Positions 9,578 to 19,973 are shown, numbered from the stretch's first letter. The stretch is 64,000 nucleotides of DNA from an uncultured Ignavibacteria bacterium (GCA_913061095.1 CAJXVM010000015.1:8870-72869); one strand, 5' to 3'. Made by a program: numbers and translations. Notes: a model not told the origin generated them from the letters alone.

Positions 9578-10713
9578 GGGAGGTCTCCTTTCAGGTGGAG
9601 CGAGTGTGCGGTGCCGGCGAGATGATCGGCGGGGGTGCCGTCGAGTGTGAGATAGCCGCGCATGCACTGCGCGGTGAGGCAGGAATGCACGGGCAGGATG
9701 CCGATGAGCGCGCCCTCGTGCAGCAGCGCGATGATCTCGTCGGTGCTGCGGATGACGCCGTGTTCCTGCGAGATGGAAACGACAGCCGTGTCGGGGATTG
9801 GTGCGGACCAGCCGTCCTCGGTGAGCAGAACGACTCGTCCGTACATAGGGCTGCCGTCTTCCCCCGGGAGTGCATCTTTCGACAGATGCACGCTGCCGCC
9901 GTGCACCACCGCCTCGCGGCGTTCGGGATGCATCGCCACGACGGGACATACAGTGGCGACGGCGATGTCTTCCGGATCGCAGATGCCGAGTGCCGCCTGC
10001 ATGATGTCGAAAAACACGAAGTTGCCCGGACGGATTTCGTCGATACCGGTGAAATCTTCGGCGAGCGCGCAGCCGGGCGTGTCGCCGACGGAAACGATGG
10101 CATCCGGGTGCCGCCGACGGATGTGTCCGGTGGCTTCAATCAGCCGCGTTCTTGCAGTGTCGAAGCGGCGGCGGACGTCATCGGGTCCGGCGGCGTGATA
10201 GGTGTCGCCGCCGTGCGTGATGGTGCCGCGGAAATGCAGGCGCGGTGCGGCATCGATCACATCGAGAATCGCATCGATCGCCGCGCGGTCATCCCAGCGC
10301 ACGCCCGTGCGTCCGTATCCCGCGTCGATCTTGATCGAGACCGCGACCTCATTGCGCAGCTTCTCGTCGAGCTGCCGGGCGACGGCGGGTGATTCCACCA
10401 GGAGTCCCAGTCGGCACGCGCCTGCGAGGCGGTCCACCCGCGCCGTCTCGCGCGGATTGTGCGGGAAGGCGATGGTGATATCCTTCCACCCGTCCGCTGC
10501 GAAATATTCGGCCATCAGCACCGACGAGACGGTGATCGCCTCCGTGCCGGCATCGCGCAGCCAGGCACCGACCCGGCGGGACTGATGCGTTTTGAAATGG
10601 GGGCGGAAGGCGAGACCATGTTCGCGCGCGCGCTCGGTCATGCGCGCGATGTTGCGGCGGCATTTCCGCTCGTCGAGCAGAAGCACGGGGGAGGTGATGT
10701 CGGGAAAGGGCAT
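9574..10713 (-). CDS. Fold-type III PLP enzyme, D-threonine aldolase / D-serine dehydratase (DSD1) family
   Basis: RPHFKTH (PLP Lys), KIDAGYGRTG, EIRPGNFVFFD, SQEHG and PVHSC metal ligands. Alternative GTG start at 10722. Confidence 0.88.
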   Translation of the reverse strand: MPFPDITSPVLLLDERKCRRNIARMTERAREHGLAFRPHFKTHQSRRVGAWLRDAGTEAITVSSVLMAEYFAADGWKDITIAFPHNPRETARVDRLAGACRLGLLVESPAVARQLDEKLRNEVAVSIKIDAGYGRTGVRWDDRAAIDAILDVIDAAPRLHFRGTITHGGDTYHAAGPDDVRRRFDTARTRLIEATGHIRRRHPDAIVSVGDTPGCALAEDFTGIDEIRPGNFVFFDIMQAALGICDPEDIAVATVCPVVAMHPERREAVVHGGSVHLSKDALPGEDGSPMYGRVVLLTEDGWSAPIPDTAVVSISQEHGVIRSTDEIIALLHEGALIGILPVHSCLTAQCMRGYLTLDGTPADHLAGTAHSLHLKGDLP

Positions 10714-10775
10714 CGTCGCCACGGTGATTTTTCCTATATTTCCAATTCGACCGTCGTCACAAGCACGGATATCCC

Positions 10776-11894
10776 ATGAACGTTCTCGAGTTTCTTCTCG
10801 GAAACACGCAGCTTTCCATTCTGCTGTCGGCGCTGCTGATCATCGTGCTGGGCCATGTCGCGGGACGCCTGCTCAAGGCGCTGATGATGCTGTTCAGCAA
10901 AAAGATAACAAAAAAAACGCGCTCGACACTCGACGACCTCATCGTCGGCGTGCTGGCCCGCAGCAGCGTATGGCTGACCACGCTGATCGTGGGATACTGG
11001 GTGCTCAAGGGTACCGCCGCGGCGTTTGTCGGTGAGAGCCTGCTCGTGCAGCGCACGGTCACGGTGATCGTCGAAGGCACTTACATCGCGCTGGTGTTTT
11101 ACATCTCCGTGTTTGTGGCGCGGCTGGTCGATGCCACGGTGCGCTGGTATCTGCACGAGGTCGCCACGCGCACGCAGACGCATCTCGACGACGAGCTCGC
11201 GCCGCTGGCGAATCGCGTGCTCAAGGTGCTGATCTACCTGTCGGCGCTGGTCGTCGTGCTCGATCATTACGGGCAGAACATCAGCACGCTGGTCGTGTCG
11301 CTTGGCGTGGGATCCCTCGCCGTTGCTCTTGCGGCGCAGGAGACACTGGCGAACATGATCGCGGGCTTCGTGCTGATGATCGACCGTCCATTCCGCCTCG
11401 GCGACCGTATCCGGCTGCCCGACGGCACCATCGGCAACGTTGCCGACATCGGTATCCGCTCCACCCGCGTGATCGACGACTACCATGTCATGATCATCAC
11501 GCCCAATGCGGAGATCGTCAAGAGTCAGATCAAGAATTTTTCGTATCCGAACGACATTGTGCGCTTCGAGGTGGCCTTCGGTGTCGCCTACGGCACGGAT
11601 CTGCTGGCCATGCGCAAGGTGGTGCTCGAACGCATCAACCGCGAGCACGACATCGTCGAACCCGAGACCTCGGAGGTACGCATCATGGAGATGGGCGACT
11701 CGGCGATGAACGCGGTATTGCTGTGCAAGATCCGGAATCCGAACGACATCCCGCAGCGCAAGAGCGACCTGCTGCTCATCATTTACAACACGCTCTATGA
11801 GCACGAGATCGAGATTCCCTTCCCGCAGCGCGTGGTGCATCTCGCACCCAATCTGCAGAAGCTCGTCGAGGAGCGCCGGCGCCTCTCCGACTGA
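10776..11894 (+). CDS. mscS: Small-conductance mechanosensitive channel (MscS family)
   Basis: LGVGSLAVALAAQETLAN, DRPFRLGDRI, IGIRST and IEIPFPQR motifs. Confidence 0.92.
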   Translation: MNVLEFLLGNTQLSILLSALLIIVLGHVAGRLLKALMMLFSKKITKKTRSTLDDLIVGVLARSSVWLTTLIVGYWVLKGTAAAFVGESLLVQRTVTVIVEGTYIALVFYISVFVARLVDATVRWYLHEVATRTQTHLDDELAPLANRVLKVLIYLSALVVVLDHYGQNISTLVVSLGVGSLAVALAAQETLANMIAGFVLMIDRPFRLGDRIRLPDGTIGNVADIGIRSTRVIDDYHVMIITPNAEIVKSQIKNFSYPNDIVRFEVAFGVAYGTDLLAMRKVVLERINREHDIVEPETSEVRIMEMGDSAMNAVLLCKIRNPNDIPQRKSDLLLIIYNTLYEHEIEIPFPQRVVHLAPNLQKLVEERRRLSD

Positions 11895-11957
11895 AGGTTT
11901 CCACGGAATGGCTTTTTCGCGGAACGATTGTTTCATCAGCAGCTGAATACGGACATC

Positions 11958-12509
11958 ATGGGTGTGCATTTCGAAGTGACGCGACGGGAAGTAGTATTCC
12001 AGGGTCGGGTGTTTACCATCGTCCGCGACGAGGTGCGGCACGCGAGCGGGTATGAGTCCGTCCGCGAAGTCGTCGAGCACAACGGCGGCGCGGTGGTGGT
12101 GCCGCTGTTCGACAACGGCGACGTGCAGCTCATCCGGCAGTTCCGTTATCCCGTGCAGGATGAGATCATCGAGTTGCCCGCCGGCAAGCTGGGGGACGGT
12201 GAGGAGCCCGAGCGCTGTGCCGCGCGCGAGCTGGAGGAGGAGACGGGATGGAAAGGCTCGGAATTCCGCAGGCTGACGGCGATGATGACCACGCCGGGAT
12301 TCTGCAGCGAGGTGCTGCACATCTATCTCGCGACGGGACTGCAGGACGGAGAGCAGCGGCTGGAGGAGGGCGAGGAGAGTATCCGCATGCTGCGCGTGCC
12401 GTTTCGCGAGGCCCTGGCCATGTGCCGCGACGGCCGCATCCACGATGGCAAGACTGTCACAGGGCTCATGCTGGCCGCGCTCGATCGCGGCATTCTCACG
12501 GAATCATGA
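11958..12509 (+). CDS. NUDIX hydrolase, ADP-ribose pyrophosphatase-like
   Basis: QFRYP...ELPAG and Nudix box CAARELEEETG. Confidence 0.9.
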   Translation: MGVHFEVTRREVVFQGRVFTIVRDEVRHASGYESVREVVEHNGGAVVVPLFDNGDVQLIRQFRYPVQDEIIELPAGKLGDGEEPERCAARELEEETGWKGSEFRRLTAMMTTPGFCSEVLHIYLATGLQDGEQRLEEGEESIRMLRVPFREALAMCRDGRIHDGKTVTGLMLAALDRGILTES

Positions 12510-12676
12510 GCGCAGGGATGCGGAACCTGCATCGGCATGCGGGATGTTTAATAGAGCGTCATGCCGAGCAGTCGAAGCATGCACCTGTCGACGCATGGCA
12601 TTGTTTGCTTCCGTCGCCCTTCGTCAGGCGCCGGGTGACGGTGCGGATGGAACCAACAACTCTGGAGGACATTTCA

Positions 12677-13246
12677 TTGCGAGTATTTCTGACATTTGCA
12701 CTGATGCTGACGATTTCGTCGGCGGCCTGTTCGCAGGATGCGGAGCGTGAGCCTTCCACGTCCGGCAGTATTCATGACTTCACGATGGTGACAATCGACG
12801 GTGACGAGCGTTCACTGAGCGATTACGAGGGGAAGGTCCTGCTCATCGTCAACACCGCCTCGAAATGCGGATTCACGCCGCAGTACGAATCCCTCGAGAA
12901 GCTGTACCGCACCTACAGTGACCGCGGATTCACCATTCTGGCGTTCCCGGCCAACAATTTCGGCGCGCAGGAGCCCGGCACCGATGAGCAGATCAAGGAA
13001 TTCTGCACGACAAATTTCGACGTCACGTTCGATCTGTTCAGCAAGATCAGCGTAAAGGGAGACGACATGCATCCGCTGTACGCGTATCTGACCGGTCTGC
13101 CGGAGGTGGGTGGAGACATCAAGTGGAACTTCACCAAGTTCCTGGTTGACGGCGACGGGCAGGTGCTGGCTCGTTTCAATACGCGGGTGGATCCGCTCGA
13201 CGAGCAGGTCGTGACCGCGGTGGAGGATGCCCTCGGGGAGGACTGA
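12677..13246 (+). CDS. Glutathione peroxidase family protein (Cys type), probable lipoprotein
   Basis: NTASKCGFTPQY, FPANNFGAQEPG and WNFTKFLV motifs. TTG start follows a GGAGG SD. Lipobox SAA-C. Alternative ATG at 12647. Confidence 0.9.
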   Translation: MRVFLTFALMLTISSAACSQDAEREPSTSGSIHDFTMVTIDGDERSLSDYEGKVLLIVNTASKCGFTPQYESLEKLYRTYSDRGFTILAFPANNFGAQEPGTDEQIKEFCTTNFDVTFDLFSKISVKGDDMHPLYAYLTGLPEVGGDIKWNFTKFLVDGDGQVLARFNTRVDPLDEQVVTAVEDALGED

Positions 13247-13346
13247 CAGTTTCTTCTGCCGGTTTGTTTCGCATCGCCCGGGATTTCTATCTTTCATGAA
13301 TTGACCGGGCGATGACGCCCTAATCCTTTTCAATCGACAGGTGCCG

Positions 13347-14870
13347 ATGAAGTCTCAAAAACGTTCGCTGTTCAGCCGCGCTCTTGACAAAGTCGAGATC
13401 GTCGGCAACGCCCTGCCCCATCCCGCAACCATTTTTGCCCTCCTTGCTCTTTCTGTTGTCATCGCTTCCGCGCTCGGTGCGCTGTTCGATCTGACGGCCA
13501 CGCATCCGGGCACCGGGGAAACCATTTCCGTTCGGAGCCTGCTTACCGGTGAAGGTGTGCGCTGGATGTTCGAAAACGTCGAAGAGAATTTCGTGCGCTT
13601 TCCGCCGCTCGGGCTCGTGCTGGTCGCCATGATCGGTATCGGTGTGGCCGAGGGGTCGGGACTGATCACGGTGCTGATCCGCGCGCTGGTGCTCCGTGCG
13701 CCGAAGCGCCTGATCACGATGGCCCTGGTGATGGCGGGCGTACTCAGTCACCTGGCGTCCGAAGCGGGATACGTCGTTCTCATTCCCCTCGGGGCGGTTA
13801 TTTTTCTTGCGCTGGGGCGGCATCCCATGGCGGGACTCGCGGCGGCGTTCGCCGGTGTCAGCGGCGGGTTTGCGGCGAATTTCCTGATCGGCAGCGTCGA
13901 TCCGGTGCTGGCCGGACTGACGCAGACCGCGGCGCAGATCATCGATCCGGAGATCAGGATCAACGTGGCGGTAAACTTCTATTTCATGTTCGCTTCCGCC
14001 ATCATGATCGTGATCGTCGGCACCTTTGTCACGGAGAAAATCGTCGAACCGCGGCTCGGGAAGTACGAAGGGGCGGAGGAAGCCATCGAGCTCGAACAGC
14101 TGACCGAGACCGAGCGAAAGGGTATCATCTGGGCGGGTATCAGTGTGGTCGTTGTCATCGGCCTCTTCCTGCTCGCAGTTGTGCCGGAAAACGGTCTGCT
14201 GCGCATCCCTGGCGAAACCGTGCTGCATTCAGCATTCTTCAACGGTATGATCACCGCGATCATGATCTTTTTCCTGATCCCGGGACTGGTGTACGGTATC
14301 ATCACCGGCTCGATCCGCTCCGACAAGGACGGCATCAAGCACATGATTTCATCGATGAGCCACATGGCGACGTACATCGTGCTGGTCTTCTTCGCCGCGC
14401 AGTTCGTCTATTATTTTGGCTATTCCAATCTCGGTCTGATCATCGCCATCGAGGGCGCCGGTTTTCTCGGCAATATCGGTCTGACCGGCATTCCCCTGAT
14501 GCTGGCCTTCATTATCGTCAGTGCGTTCATTAACATGTTCATGGGATCCGCCTCGGCGAAGTGGGCCATCATGGCGCCGGTGTTCGTCCCGATGTTCATG
14601 CTGCTGGGCTATCATCCGGCACTGACGCAGATGGTATTCCGCATCGGCGATTCGCTTACCAATGTCATTACGCCGATGATGTCGTATTTCGCGCTGATCG
14701 TGGCATTCGCCGAGAAATACGATGAGGATTACGGCATTGGTACGATCATTTCCACCATGCTGCCCTACAGCATCGTGTTCGGTCTGTTCTGGACACTGCT
14801 GCTGATCGGGTGGATGCTTCTTGGACTGCCTGTCGGTCCTGACGGACCGATCCACTACATGGGCAACTGA
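13347..14870 (+). CDS. abgT: AbgT family transporter (p-aminobenzoyl-glutamate transporter)
   Basis: GNALPHP, FPPLGLVLV, SGGFAAN, GSASAKW and RIGDSLTN motifs. Confidence 0.92.
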   Translation: MKSQKRSLFSRALDKVEIVGNALPHPATIFALLALSVVIASALGALFDLTATHPGTGETISVRSLLTGEGVRWMFENVEENFVRFPPLGLVLVAMIGIGVAEGSGLITVLIRALVLRAPKRLITMALVMAGVLSHLASEAGYVVLIPLGAVIFLALGRHPMAGLAAAFAGVSGGFAANFLIGSVDPVLAGLTQTAAQIIDPEIRINVAVNFYFMFASAIMIVIVGTFVTEKIVEPRLGKYEGAEEAIELEQLTETERKGIIWAGISVVVVIGLFLLAVVPENGLLRIPGETVLHSAFFNGMITAIMIFFLIPGLVYGIITGSIRSDKDGIKHMISSMSHMATYIVLVFFAAQFVYYFGYSNLGLIIAIEGAGFLGNIGLTGIPLMLAFIIVSAFINMFMGSASAKWAIMAPVFVPMFMLLGYHPALTQMVFRIGDSLTNVITPMMSYFALIVAFAEKYDEDYGIGTIISTMLPYSIVFGLFWTLLLIGWMLLGLPVGPDGPIHYMGN

Positions 14871-14932
14871 CCGGTATACATCGGCGTTCAGGAACAGGAT
14901 AACTGCGCTGTTGACGGATGGAACGAGAAAGC

Positions 14933-15054
14933 TCCGGCAGCCGATCGCATCCGGCAGCTGAGGCATCCGGCAGCTGATCGCATCCGGCAGCTGATCGCAT
15001 CCGGCAGCTGAGGCATCCGGCAGCTGATCGCATCCGGCAAACGATCGCATCCGG
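14933..15054. repeat. Intergenic 16/17-bp tandem repeat (TCCGGCAGCTGATCGCA / TCCGGCAGCTGAGGCA), 7 units
   Basis: Unit lengths read directly as 17,16,17,17,16,17,17 plus a terminal TCCGG. Confidence 0.95.
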
Positions 15055-15174
15055 AGCCGCCACCCGGCGATCCTTGTGTCGCCTGTATCCCCGTTTTCAC
15101 GGCAGGTGCCATTTTCGTAATTTTTACTGCTACAACCGGCAGCCGAATCCAGAACTCTCACCGAGCGACAGCGC

Positions 15175-15915
15175 ATGCAATACATTGTAACCGTGCTCTT
15201 CGGGATACTGGTGGGAATCCTCATCACCGTTCCCCTGGGTCCGACAGCGATTTACGTGGCGCAGCGGACACTGGCAGGCGACACGAAAAAGGGACTGCTC
15301 GTCGCTTCCGGCGCGGTGATCGTCGATGTTTTCTACTGTCTGGTCATCACGATGGGGCTCATATCCCTGATACGCCCCTATCTCGAAAATCCCATCGTCC
15401 AGAGCATCTTTTCCGTTTTCCTGATAGGGTACGGTATTCGGATGCTGGTCGTGCGGCGCGGAAAGGGGAGCGCCCCTGGGTCGAATGACGATGAACTATC
15501 GAGTGCCGGGATTGCAGACGAACCCGACGTCGCCGATGACTTTCCCGAGCCCGTTCGGAAGCTGGATCTTTCACGCTTCAAGCTCTCGAAGTCGCATTAC
15601 GGGGACGTGCTGCTCGGCATCTCGATGACGCTCGCCAATCCGACCCTGTTCCTTTCATGGGTGGCGCTGCTGAGTTTCGTCACCGCGCACGGTCTGCTGG
15701 TGAACAGCATCCTGCACAAACTGATTTTCTCTGCATCCGTCGGATTCGGCAGTATGATGTGGTTCGTACTGCTTGCCCTGTTTGTGCGCAGCCGAAGGCA
15801 TATCATTTCCGAGTCCTTCATCCGCCGGGCGTCATCCATTACTGCCCTTGTGATCATTGGCTTTGGTGTGTATTTTACGATCGTAATCTTTCAGCAGCTG
15901 AACGGAGCAACCTGA
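15175..15915 (+). CDS. LysE family translocator
   Basis: VPLGP N-terminal motif, TLANP motif, six TM segments and an acidic central loop. Confidence 0.85.
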   Translation: MQYIVTVLFGILVGILITVPLGPTAIYVAQRTLAGDTKKGLLVASGAVIVDVFYCLVITMGLISLIRPYLENPIVQSIFSVFLIGYGIRMLVVRRGKGSAPGSNDDELSSAGIADEPDVADDFPEPVRKLDLSRFKLSKSHYGDVLLGISMTLANPTLFLSWVALLSFVTAHGLLVNSILHKLIFSASVGFGSMMWFVLLALFVRSRRHIISESFIRRASSITALVIIGFGVYFTIVIFQQLNGAT

Positions 15916-16038
15916 GCGGGAAACGACATTCGCTCTGCTGCTGAAGGAATTCAGACGACAGACACTCCCCCATCCCCCCGGCAGGCCGCCGATGCGCTTC
16001 CACACGCATCCCGGCGTCCGGGTAACCGGATACGAACA

Positions 16039-17649
16039 ATGAAATACCGTCACGCGCTGTACTTGCTGCTCTGCGGCATGGTGCTCGCCGAAAGTCCGCT
16101 TTTCGCGCAGTACCCTGTCGTTCGTCTCGATGCGCCCGGCTCCCATGCCGAAGAGGTTACCATCGCGATCAATCCGCTGGATCCCGACAATCTCGTCGCG
16201 GGTTCGAACCTCAACTGGGCGTACTGGTCGTCTGACGGAGGAAAAACCTGGCAGCAGCAGTCACTGCCCGGCGGCACCTGGGGTGACCCAAGTGTCGTGT
16301 TTGACCACACGGGCCGCGCCTTTATCGCCAACCTCGTCTATGGATGGGATGCGATCATCGTTCGCCACAGTGATGACGGCGGCCGCACGTGGTCAGAGCC
16401 GGTCAAGCTGTTCGGACCGAGTTCCGACAGTGCCAAGGCGGGCAGTCTCCGGAATTCAAGTCTGCAGGACAAGGAATATCTTGCCGTCGACATGAGCGAG
16501 ACCAGCCCGTACTACGGCTCGATCTACGCGGCATGGACGGACTTCACGAAGTACGGAAGCACGAGTCCTGACGACAGCAGCGTCATCGTGTTCGCGCGTT
16601 CCATCGACCGAGGCGAAAGCTTTCAGCCGTTTGTGCGCGTCAGTGACAGTGCGGGAAATGCGATCGACGGCGATGAGACCATGGAGGGCGCCGTGCCCGC
16701 CGCCGGTCCCGCCGGGGAGGTCTACCTCGCCTGGTCCGGTCCCCGCGGCATTTACTTCGACCGTTCCTTTGACGGCGGCCGTACCTGGGGCGAGGACCGT
16801 ATCATCACCGATCAGCCGGGCGGGTGGGATATGTCCATCTCCGGCATCATGCGTGCGAACGGTCTCCCTGTCACCGTGACCGATATTTCATCCTCCCCGC
16901 ACAGAGGGAATGTCTATGTGAACTGGGTGGATGAGCGGTACGGGGATCCCGACGTGTTCATCCTGCGCTCGGAGGACCGCGGTGATACCTGGACCGATCC
17001 GATTCGGGTCAATGACGATCAGATCGGCAACGGAAAGGAACAGTTTTTCACATGGATGACCGTTGATCCCGTGACGGGGGAACTGGTGGTGGTGTATTAC
17101 GACCGCCGGCAGTATGACAGCGACTCGACGGATGTCTATCTCGCGCGTTCGACCGACGGCGGGCGCAGCTTCCGGAATGAACGTATCAGCAGTGCGGCAT
17201 TTTATCCGACGCCGTTCGTGTTTTTCGGGGATTACAATGGCGTGGCTGCCTTCGACGGGCGCATCCGGCCGATATGGACGCAGCTCGACCAGGGAGAACT
17301 CAGTATTCACACCGCCCTGATCGATGGCGGGACCATGAGCGGTGGCGCTGTGCCGGGGCGAAACGCTGCGCTGACACTCGACGGCTTTCCGAATCCGGTC
17401 AGCGTCATTTCCGGGTCCGCAGTGACCTTCCAGGTGCGGGCTCCGGAGGCCGGGACGCTTCGTCTCGTGCTCTACGACCGCGTCGGACGGGTCATGCGGA
17501 GCATTTCGGAGCTGCAGGTCGAACCCGGGCTTCGCAGTGTTGCATGGGATGCCGCGGGACTCAGCACCGGGCTGTACGTGTGCCGCGCCCTCCTGCAGAC
17601 GCCGGAGGGGAGCCGCTCGGCATCGACGATGGTCACCGTCATTCGCTGA
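16039..17649 (+). CDS. Secreted BNR/Asp-box (sialidase-like) beta-propeller with a T9SS-type C-terminal domain
   Basis: Signal peptide, six SxDxGxTW/F Asp boxes, FGDY motif, and C-terminal FPNP...YDRVGR...GLY domain. Confidence 0.85.
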   Translation: MKYRHALYLLLCGMVLAESPLFAQYPVVRLDAPGSHAEEVTIAINPLDPDNLVAGSNLNWAYWSSDGGKTWQQQSLPGGTWGDPSVVFDHTGRAFIANLVYGWDAIIVRHSDDGGRTWSEPVKLFGPSSDSAKAGSLRNSSLQDKEYLAVDMSETSPYYGSIYAAWTDFTKYGSTSPDDSSVIVFARSIDRGESFQPFVRVSDSAGNAIDGDETMEGAVPAAGPAGEVYLAWSGPRGIYFDRSFDGGRTWGEDRIITDQPGGWDMSISGIMRANGLPVTVTDISSSPHRGNVYVNWVDERYGDPDVFILRSEDRGDTWTDPIRVNDDQIGNGKEQFFTWMTVDPVTGELVVVYYDRRQYDSDSTDVYLARSTDGGRSFRNERISSAAFYPTPFVFFGDYNGVAAFDGRIRPIWTQLDQGELSIHTALIDGGTMSGGAVPGRNAALTLDGFPNPVSVISGSAVTFQVRAPEAGTLRLVLYDRVGRVMRSISELQVEPGLRSVAWDAAGLSTGLYVCRALLQTPEGSRSASTMVTVIR

Positions 17650-17776
17650 CCGCCGGACACTCGCAACTGACGGCAGCGTGTTTCCGGAACGAGCGGTAGC
17701 GCGGTCCAGCATCGGGAGGGAGCGGTCACAATATCCACGAATCGCCAGAACCGACGAATCGCACGAAGAGGATCAC

Positions 17777-19948
17777 ATGAGCAATCTCACGAAAATGACA
17801 AAAAGCGAACTCATCGATGAGATCGAGCGCCTCCGCAGCCAGTACGAGGAGTGCGGTGACGAGGAGAACGGCAACGGGAAATTCGATGAGGATGAACTGT
17901 TCGCGCTTGCCGGTGAAGCGGAGGGCGATGAACTGTTTCTTGTCACCGACACCGGGCGATTCGTATTTGTGAACGACACCATGCAGCAGCAGCTCGGCTA
18001 CCCGGAGGAAGAGCTGCTGGGCATGTCGCTTCCCCGTATCGACCGGGAGAATACGCGTGCGCAGTGGCTGCACCGTGTCTCGCGCATCAAGCGTTCCGGT
18101 GCGCCCGAAGTGTTCGAAAGCGAACAGATCGCCAGTGACGGATCAACGCTGCGGCGCGATGTGACCGCAAGTTATGTGGCATATCGCGGCCGGAATTACG
18201 TGCTCTGCGTCGGCAGCGAACTGCAGCCCGAGGAGGAGGAACGGCGTCCGCCCGCTACTGTCCGTACACGCGAGGAAATTCTGCAGCAGATGACCTCCGA
18301 CGGGGTGCTGATCGTGGACACACGCGGCACCATCATCGAGACCAACGCAGTTGCGGACCGCCTGCTCGGCGTCCCGAAAAGCGAGATCATCTCCCGGTCC
18401 TGCGTGGATTCCCGCTGGCGCCTCGTCGATACCGCCGGTGAGCCGCTCAGCATTTCCAGCCATCCCATCATGGTGGCGCTGGTCGAGGAACAGCAGCTGT
18501 TCAACCGGCGCATCGACATGCTCTCACACGAGGGCAGCCGCCGTTCGCTGCTTGTCAACGCAGCACCGCTGCACGATTCCGCCGGTGACCTCATCGGCGC
18601 TGTCGGCTGCATTCGTCCCTACGATGACAGTGCCGAGCGCGGCGATGAACTGCAGCGCGTCAGAGCCATGCTGTCGCTGCAGCGCAGCGTCACCGAACTG
18701 GTGATCCGTGGTGGATCCGAGGATGACCTCGAGCGCCGCATCTGCCAGCTGCTCGTCGACTACGGCGGTTTCCCGCTGGTCTGGCGCGCCGTCACGCAGG
18801 AGAAGGACGAGCGTCTGCATCTCTCCGTCAGTGCCGGCGATGAAACCGAATACCTGATGAAAATCAAGGTGCGGTATGACGATACGCCCCATGGCAACGG
18901 TCCGCTGGGACGTGCGATGAAGAAGCGCGAAGCGGTCATCGTGGGCGACCTGATCGCTGATCCCACTCATGAACCATGGAAAAAACAGGCGGAAAAGAGC
19001 GAGCTGCATTCCCTGGCGGCCCTTCCGCTTCTGTATGCAGGACGCGAGTACGGGCTGCTGAGTATCTATTCGAAAGATCGCGACCATTTCGTCGGCCCGG
19101 AGCTGAAGGGTCTGTCGCTGGTCGCCAACCTTCTTGCCTTCGGCATTCACATCCGCCGTGAATCCGAGGGCACTCGCCGCATCGTCGACGAACATATCCT
19201 GCAGCAGCGCATGCTGGAAGCCTACGAGGAGAGTTCGTCAGTGGCCATCGCGCTCTTCGATGCCGACGATCCGTTTCGCTGCGTCTACGCGAATCCGCAC
19301 TTCGGAATGCTGCTCGACGAACCGTTTCGGAGCGCCGGCGTGGAGGAGCAGTACGTCAGCGATTTCATGTACTCGCTGTATCACCGCGACCTTTACCAGC
19401 AGCTGCAGCAGGCGACGGGCAGCGAAGAGCCGGTTTCCGAGGATGGCGCCGTCTTTGCCGACTGGCAGGGTGAGGAGACGTCATGGAACTGGCGGATTTT
19501 CTCCGTCACATCGGCTGACGGCGAGGCGCAGCTGCTTTACGCCGCATATCGTGTCGGGGATGACGATGCGGAATCGGACGAAGCTGCCGGAGCGGAATCC
19601 GCCGCAGACGGGGAGGAGCCGGCCGTCGTCATCGTCGATTATCCACGTTTCGGTCCCCGAAGCAAGACGGAAACACGCATCAACCGTTTCCTCGAGGACG
19701 GCGTTCTCACGGAAGTCAGCAGTGCCGCGAGCGCGCTGTTCTCCTCCGCCCGCGCGCTGCCGGGTGAAAGCGCGGCGACACTGTTCGGTGAGAGCGAGAC
19801 CGCTTTTCTCGGCGAACTGCTCTCGGTCAAGAATACGTCCGCCACGCTGCCGTGGACGGATGAACAGACCGGGCGCCGACGCAGCTGCCATGCGTTTTTC
19901 ACCGCCACCGACGAGGGACAGCGCGTCTGCCTCGTGTTCTCCCCATGA
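17777..19948 (+). CDS. PAS-PAS-GAF-(PAS-like) sensory protein with no recognisable output domain
   Basis: N-terminal coiled coil, PAS motifs (FVFVND...LGY; IIETN), and a GAF (GNGPLGRA...SLAALPL). No H-box, GGDEF, EAL or PP2C motif. GAGG SD upstream. Confidence 0.8.
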   Translation: MSNLTKMTKSELIDEIERLRSQYEECGDEENGNGKFDEDELFALAGEAEGDELFLVTDTGRFVFVNDTMQQQLGYPEEELLGMSLPRIDRENTRAQWLHRVSRIKRSGAPEVFESEQIASDGSTLRRDVTASYVAYRGRNYVLCVGSELQPEEEERRPPATVRTREEILQQMTSDGVLIVDTRGTIIETNAVADRLLGVPKSEIISRSCVDSRWRLVDTAGEPLSISSHPIMVALVEEQQLFNRRIDMLSHEGSRRSLLVNAAPLHDSAGDLIGAVGCIRPYDDSAERGDELQRVRAMLSLQRSVTELVIRGGSEDDLERRICQLLVDYGGFPLVWRAVTQEKDERLHLSVSAGDETEYLMKIKVRYDDTPHGNGPLGRAMKKREAVIVGDLIADPTHEPWKKQAEKSELHSLAALPLLYAGREYGLLSIYSKDRDHFVGPELKGLSLVANLLAFGIHIRRESEGTRRIVDEHILQQRMLEAYEESSSVAIALFDADDPFRCVYANPHFGMLLDEPFRSAGVEEQYVSDFMYSLYHRDLYQQLQQATGSEEPVSEDGAVFADWQGEETSWNWRIFSVTSADGEAQLLYAAYRVGDDDAESDEAAGAESAADGEEPAVVIVDYPRFGPRSKTETRINRFLEDGVLTEVSSAASALFSSARALPGESAATLFGESETAFLGELLSVKNTSATLPWTDEQTGRRRSCHAFFTATDEGQRVCLVFSP

Positions 19949-19973
19949 TTTCGTTTCGACTGTCACTGCACCC

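Noticed and set aside
12850-12880. Selenocysteine in the glutathione peroxidase
   Set aside because: The active-site codon is TGC (Cys); there is no in-frame TGA.
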